From Candidatus Cloacimonadota bacterium (lineage in GTDB: Bacteria > Cloacimonadota > Cloacimonadia > G963667145): 64,000 bases of DNA. Numbering within the stretch: the first letter of the stretch is position 1; every line of letters begins with the position of its first letter. The notes beneath the pieces were generated by a model that saw only the letters and a program-made list of their open reading frames with translations, had not been told where the DNA came from and did no database searches. A program made the position numbers and the translations under genes. Location of the stretch: the NCBI GenBank assembly GCA_963676615.1, contig OY781092.1, forward strand, positions 288,001 through 352,000, in the 5' to 3' direction. Shown here piece by piece: positions 59,637 to 64,000 of this stretch.

Positions 59637-59768
59637 TTATTTGCGGTGAAGCCTTTCGCGGGCGTTTGTGTGGCTATTATTGGTGAGGCTTAAATACAGA
59701 AGCAAAACCATAACAAAAATTGGGGCAAAAGTGATGGCTAAAAAAAATATTGTCCCAAGGGCTTGCAT
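59637..59768 (-). CDS. Small single-TM protein (43 aa)
   Basis: AGGAGG RBS; MQALGTIFFLAITFAPIFVMVLLLYLSL... Confidence 0.65.
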   Translation of the reverse strand: MQALGTIFFLAITFAPIFVMVLLLYLSLTNNSHTNARERLHRK

Positions 59769-59967
59769 ATAACCTCCTAAATGATTTTTACTAAAGGAAC
59801 AGGAGATAGAAAAAATGTCAAGTGATAAATTGATGTTAAATATAGAAGTTGATGTGGTTGTCATTTTCATTGACTAAGTCATTTAATGGGAGAAAATGAA
59901 TTCAAAATTGATTGACTTTACTTGTTTTTTTTATTCTCTCGTTTTATTAGGTTAAAGGGAGGATTTA

Positions 59968-60429
59968 ATGGGCGGTCTTATTTTTGTGATTTTTGTTCTT
60001 TTTATATTATGGCTAGCTTGTCGTAAGGATAAAAAGAAAGCTGAGAAAATGCAAATTGTTAAAAATGAGGGTTTGAAAGAGGAAATTCCTGAAGAAACGG
60101 AAGAGATTAATCTTAATATTAGCCTTGAAAAGCCAGAAAAAAGGGAGAAGGAAGAGTTGACTGATGAAGTTTTCAAAAGAGAAATTCGGAGGGAAATTGT
60201 GAAGATAGTGCAAAAAAAGTATCCAAAAATTGAAGTTCTTTTTCATGATGAGGATAATGGGGAGGAGTTTGGTTTTAATTTGGGAGCTAGTGATGAGTTT
60301 TATAGCAAGCAGGAGTTGATAGATATTTCTAAAGAACTTACTGCTGATGCGACTTCGCAGGTTGCGGCAAATTTTTTGGGGCAAGCTTTTTTGGATTCTG
60401 GGTTTCAGGTTAGTGTAGAGCAAAGTTAA
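59968..60429 (+). CDS. Hypothetical membrane-anchored protein
   Basis: GGAGG RBS; N-terminal TM. Confidence 0.7.
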   Translation: MGGLIFVIFVLFILWLACRKDKKKAEKMQIVKNEGLKEEIPEETEEINLNISLEKPEKREKEELTDEVFKREIRREIVKIVQKKYPKIEVLFHDEDNGEEFGFNLGASDEFYSKQELIDISKELTADATSQVAANFLGQAFLDSGFQVSVEQS

Positions 60430-60447
60430 TTTTCACAAGGGGGAAAA

Positions 60448-60987
60448 ATGATTTCACGGAAGAGGGCGCAGCAGTTGCTGGACGAGCATTTGTTGAACGA
60501 GAATCTGAAGAGTCACAGCCTAGCGGTCGCCTACATTATGCAGGAGCTGGCGAAAGTTTCTGGCGAAGATGAGGATAAGTGGTTTATCACGGGATTGTTG
60601 CACGATTTGGATTATGAGGGGACGAAAGATCAGCCGGCGCAGCACGGGCTGCAGACGGCGGAGATTTTGCAGAACGAGGATGTAAGTCAGGAGATGTTGC
60701 AGGCGATAAAGGCGCACAACTCTTTGGCGGATAGGGACGATTTGCTGAGCAAGCATCTTTGGGCGGCAGATCCCGTCTCGGGTTTGGTAGTGGCTGCGGC
60801 TCTGATGAATCCCGAGAAAAAAATCGAGGTGTTACAGCTGAAATCGTTAAAGAAAAAGTTTAAATCCAAAAGTTTTGCCAAAGGTGCAAATCGCCAGCAG
60901 ATAGCCGATTGCCAAGATTTTGGGATGGAACTAGGTGACTTTTTGCAGCTAGCCATCGATGCGATGAGCGGCAAGGAACTGCTGTAA
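60448..60987 (+). CDS. HDIG-domain metal-dependent phosphohydrolase
   Basis: HSLAV...GLLHDLD...HG...IKAH; FAKGANR. Confidence 0.88.
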   Translation: MISRKRAQQLLDEHLLNENLKSHSLAVAYIMQELAKVSGEDEDKWFITGLLHDLDYEGTKDQPAQHGLQTAEILQNEDVSQEMLQAIKAHNSLADRDDLLSKHLWAADPVSGLVVAAALMNPEKKIEVLQLKSLKKKFKSKSFAKGANRQQIADCQDFGMELGDFLQLAIDAMSGKELL

Positions 60988-61013
60988 TTCCCTAGAATTT
61001 AAGCAGATTATAC

Positions 61014-61046
61014 AAAAAAGCCAACCATATTTCTAGGTTGGCTTTC
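61014..61046. terminator. Probable bidirectional terminator
   Basis: AAAAAAGCCAACC-loop-GGTTGGCTTT between convergent genes. Confidence 0.75.
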
Positions 61047-61061
61047 TGTTTTTTTTGCTTT

Positions 61062-62180
61062 TTATTTGATGAAGTCGAGCACGATGTTCAAAATCCGTCT
61101 GACAGGTTCGGCGGCACCCCACAAAAGTTGATCGCCGACGCTGAAAGCGGTTAGATATTCTGGTCCCAAATTCATCTTGCGGATTCTGCCCACAGGCACT
61201 TTGAGCGTGCCAGTAGCGTAGGCTGGCGTCAATTTGGCGAGGCTCATCTCCTTGTTGTTTGGCACAATCTCGACCCACTGATTTCCTTTGGCGATGATTT
61301 GCTCAATTTTTTCAAGCGGCAGATTTTTTTTCAGCTTAATTGTAAAAGCTTGGCTGTGGCAACGCATTGCACCGACTCGCACGCACTGACCGTCGATAGG
61401 CACAGGATTTTTGTCTAGCCCCAAAATTTTGTTGGTCTCCACAAAACCTTTCCACTCTTCGCGCGTCTGCCCGTTGTCCATCGCCTTGTCTATCCAAGGA
61501 ATGAGGCTGGCAGCCAGCGGAACGCCGAAATTTTCTTTGGGCAAATCTGCGCTGTGCAAGGTGTTGTTCACATTTTCGTCGATATCCAAAATTGCGGCGG
61601 CTGGTTCTTGCAAAAGTTTTTCGGCGTTTTTGCCGATGATGCCCATCTGCTTTACCAGCTCGATCATATTTTGCGCGCCCGAGCCAGAAGCGGCTTGATA
61701 GGTCATCGAGGTGATCCAGTCCACCAAACCTTCTTCGAAAAGTCCGCCAAGCGCCATCAGCATTAGCGAAACCGTGCAGTTTCCGCCGACGAAATTTTTT
61801 ACGCCAGCAGAAAGTCCCTTGTCGATGACGCCGCTGTTTACGGGGTCTAGGACGATGATGCTTTGCTCATCCATCCGTAGAGTTGAGGCAGAGTCCAGCC
61901 AGTATCCGTTCCAGCCAGCTTTTCGCAGCTTTGGGTAAACTTCGCTGGTGTAGTCGCCGCCTTGGCAGGTGACGATGATGTCCAATTTTTTCAGAGAGTC
62001 GATGTCGAAAGCGTCTTGCAATTTTGCGGTTTCTACGCCAACATCAGGACTTTTTTGCCCAACTTGGGAGGTGGAAAAAAAGACCGGTTTGAACTTGCCA
62101 AAATCTTTCTCTTCCATCATTCTCTTCATTAGCACCGAGCCAACCATACCTCTCCAGCCGATAAAACCAACATTTTTCAT
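61062..62180 (-). CDS. asd: Aspartate-semialdehyde dehydrogenase
   Basis: [36 protein letters not shown]. Confidence 0.97.
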   Translation of the reverse strand: MKNVGFIGWRGMVGSVLMKRMMEEKDFGKFKPVFFSTSQVGQKSPDVGVETAKLQDAFDIDSLKKLDIIVTCQGGDYTSEVYPKLRKAGWNGYWLDSASTLRMDEQSIIVLDPVNSGVIDKGLSAGVKNFVGGNCTVSLMLMALGGLFEEGLVDWITSMTYQAASGSGAQNMIELVKQMGIIGKNAEKLLQEPAAAILDIDENVNNTLHSADLPKENFGVPLAASLIPWIDKAMDNGQTREEWKGFVETNKILGLDKNPVPIDGQCVRVGAMRCHSQAFTIKLKKNLPLEKIEQIIAKGNQWVEIVPNNKEMSLAKLTPAYATGTLKVPVGRIRKMNLGPEYLTAFSVGDQLLWGAAEPVRRILNIVLDFIK

Positions 62181-62509
62181 AACAATTTCTCTCCTTAAAA
62201 ATTTCTCGAAAGTCTCAATTTTGAAACTAAATCTTTTTTTGAGCTGAGATTGTCAATCTTTATTTTTCTCGCCTAATGTTTTGATTATCAAATAGTTACA
62301 AAATTTTGAGCCTTCTTAATCGTGATAAAAGTCACAAATAGAGCTAAATCTATCGTTACAAAAAAGTTGCTCACTTTTGAATTTGTGGTTTTGCTCGTTT
62401 GTATTTTAGGGAAAAATAATCGCGCTTTTGAAGAGCGAAATTCCATCTTGACTTTTTTGCCTTGCTTTGGAGTTTGTCGGGATAAATAAGCGATGAGATT
62501 GAGGAAATT

Positions 62510-63808
62510 ATGAATTTCAAAATAGAGACATACGGTTGCCAGATGAATATCGCCGATAGTGAGCTGGTGGCAGCGATTTTGCAGGAGGCAGGGCACAGCC
62601 AAGTGGAGCAAATCCAGGACGCCGATTTGGTAATTTTTAACACTTGTAGCGTGCGAGAACACGCAGAGCAGCGGGTTTTGGGGCGAATTGCCAGCGTGAT
62701 GGCTTTCAAGGAGAAAAAGTCGCCGTTTTATCTTGGGGTTATCGGCTGTATGGCGCAGCGGATGCAGGACGAGCTTTTTGCGTATGGTGTCGATTTTGTG
62801 GTTGGTGTGGACGAATATGCGAATTTGGCGAAGGTAATCGAGTCGCTGGAGCTTGGGCAGAAAGTGCTGAAAGCCGATTTCGACGACCAGCAAATTTACG
62901 AAAATTTTTATCCTGTGCGGAGCGAGAATTTTACCGCTTTTGTGACGATTATGCGCGGTTGCGACAATTTTTGCACCTATTGCATTGTGCCGCATTTGCG
63001 AGGGCGAGAGCGTTCTAGGCCGTTGTGCGAGATTTTGCAGGATGTGAAAAAAGCTGCCAGGCAAGGCTTTTCGGATATTACGCTTTTGGGACAAAATGTG
63101 AACTCCTACTCCTACGACGGTTTGAATTTTGCGGGATTGTTGCAGAAAGTTAGCGAGATTGAAGATGTGCGGCGGATTCGGTTTGTGACTTCGCATCCCA
63201 AAGATATGAGCGCGGAACTGATTGCGGCGATGCGTGATAACCACAAGGTTTGTCCGCACATTCATGTGGCTTTGCAGTCGGGTAACGACGAGATTTTGCA
63301 GCGGATGAATCGCAAATATACTGCGGGCGAGTTTTTGCAGATGGTGGTTGATTTGAGGGAGGCTGTGCCGCATATCGCCATCACGACGGACATTATCGTC
63401 GGTTTTCCGGGAGAGACGCATCGGCAATTTTTGGATACGGTGCAAATGCTGGGAAAAATCCGCTTCGATTATGCGTTTTTGTATAAATATTCGCCACGCA
63501 AGGGGACTGCGGCTGCCGAATTTGACGAGCAAGTGCCTGAGCCAGAGCGGCTGAAGCGGCTGCAGGAGATTATCAAGGTGCAAAATGTGATAACCAGCCA
63601 GAAATATCAGGAGCAGATTGGGCAGGTGAAGCAGGTGTTGGTCGAGAAGGTGAGCAAAAAAAACGCCGCTGAACTGGCGGGTAAGTCGGAAGATTTTAAG
63701 GTGGTAATTTTTGCGGGAGAGAAGAGCTTGATTGGCAAATATGTGCGGGTGAAAATCACGCAAGCCACGGGCTGGACGCTCAAGGGCGAGCTGGTGGAGG
63801 TGCTGTGA
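62510..63808 (+). CDS. miaB: tRNA i6A37 methylthiotransferase
   Basis: [34 protein letters not shown] domain. Confidence 0.95.
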   Translation: MNFKIETYGCQMNIADSELVAAILQEAGHSQVEQIQDADLVIFNTCSVREHAEQRVLGRIASVMAFKEKKSPFYLGVIGCMAQRMQDELFAYGVDFVVGVDEYANLAKVIESLELGQKVLKADFDDQQIYENFYPVRSENFTAFVTIMRGCDNFCTYCIVPHLRGRERSRPLCEILQDVKKAARQGFSDITLLGQNVNSYSYDGLNFAGLLQKVSEIEDVRRIRFVTSHPKDMSAELIAAMRDNHKVCPHIHVALQSGNDEILQRMNRKYTAGEFLQMVVDLREAVPHIAITTDIIVGFPGETHRQFLDTVQMLGKIRFDYAFLYKYSPRKGTAAAEFDEQVPEPERLKRLQEIIKVQNVITSQKYQEQIGQVKQVLVEKVSKKNAAELAGKSEDFKVVIFAGEKSLIGKYVRVKITQATGWTLKGELVEVL

Positions 63809-64000
63809 TGCTCACGAAAAAAGTGTGGGCGGTGATACCCGCGCGCTACGCTTCGAGCCGTTTGCCGGGCAAACCGCTGGCGGATCTGGGAGGCAAGCCG
63901 CTTATCCAGCGGGTCTATGAGAACGCTTGCTCTTTTGGAATTTTCGCCAAAGTTGTTGTGGCGACGGACGATCAGAGAATTTTTGATTGCGTGAAAAATT
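63808..64000 (+). CDS. kdsB: CMP-KDO synthetase, 5' part (runs off the window)
   Basis: [16 protein letters not shown]...VVATDD. Confidence 0.9.
   Translation, partial: MLTKKVWAVIPARYASSRLPGKPLADLGGKPLIQRVYENACSFGIFAKVVVATDDQRIFDCVKN

Overview
Bacterial chromosome segment from a diderm host (kdsB present; lineage not assignable with confidence). 1-22 kb is core: rpsA, rsmI, eight tRNAs, tuf-rpmG-tRNA-Trp-secE-nusG-rplKAJL-rpoBC-rpsLG, then, with no fusA, directly rpmH-rnpA-yidD-yidC. 22.1-30.7 kb is a type I-B cas operon (cas6, cas8b, cas7, cas5, cas3). A Septu/PtuAB-like pair (ABC ATPase with an extra PUA/EVE-like N-terminal domain, plus an HNH nuclease) sits translationally coupled between cas8b and cas7. 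cas8b has a likely internal Cas11 start, and a solitary CRISPR-repeat-like 30-mer overlaps the cas6 RBS. No CRISPR array, cas1/2/4 or reverse transcriptase is in the window. cas3 is cut by an apparently complete ~27.4 kb transposable (Mu-like) prophage (30716-58096) with atypical features: TATA...TATA rather than TG...CA ends, a central repressor/transposase block, two late blocks sharing an identical 17-bp upstream motif, a PBSX-type portal, a fused protease-capsid and a fused holin-lysozyme. The right flank does not resume cas3; it holds decayed genes and a 311-bp near-copy of the phage tail-chaperone region, then HDIG hydrolase, asd, miaB and partial kdsB. Best candidates for a new system are the PtuAB-in-Cascade locus and the unusual phage. 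All family calls come from motif recognition by eye, not database searches.
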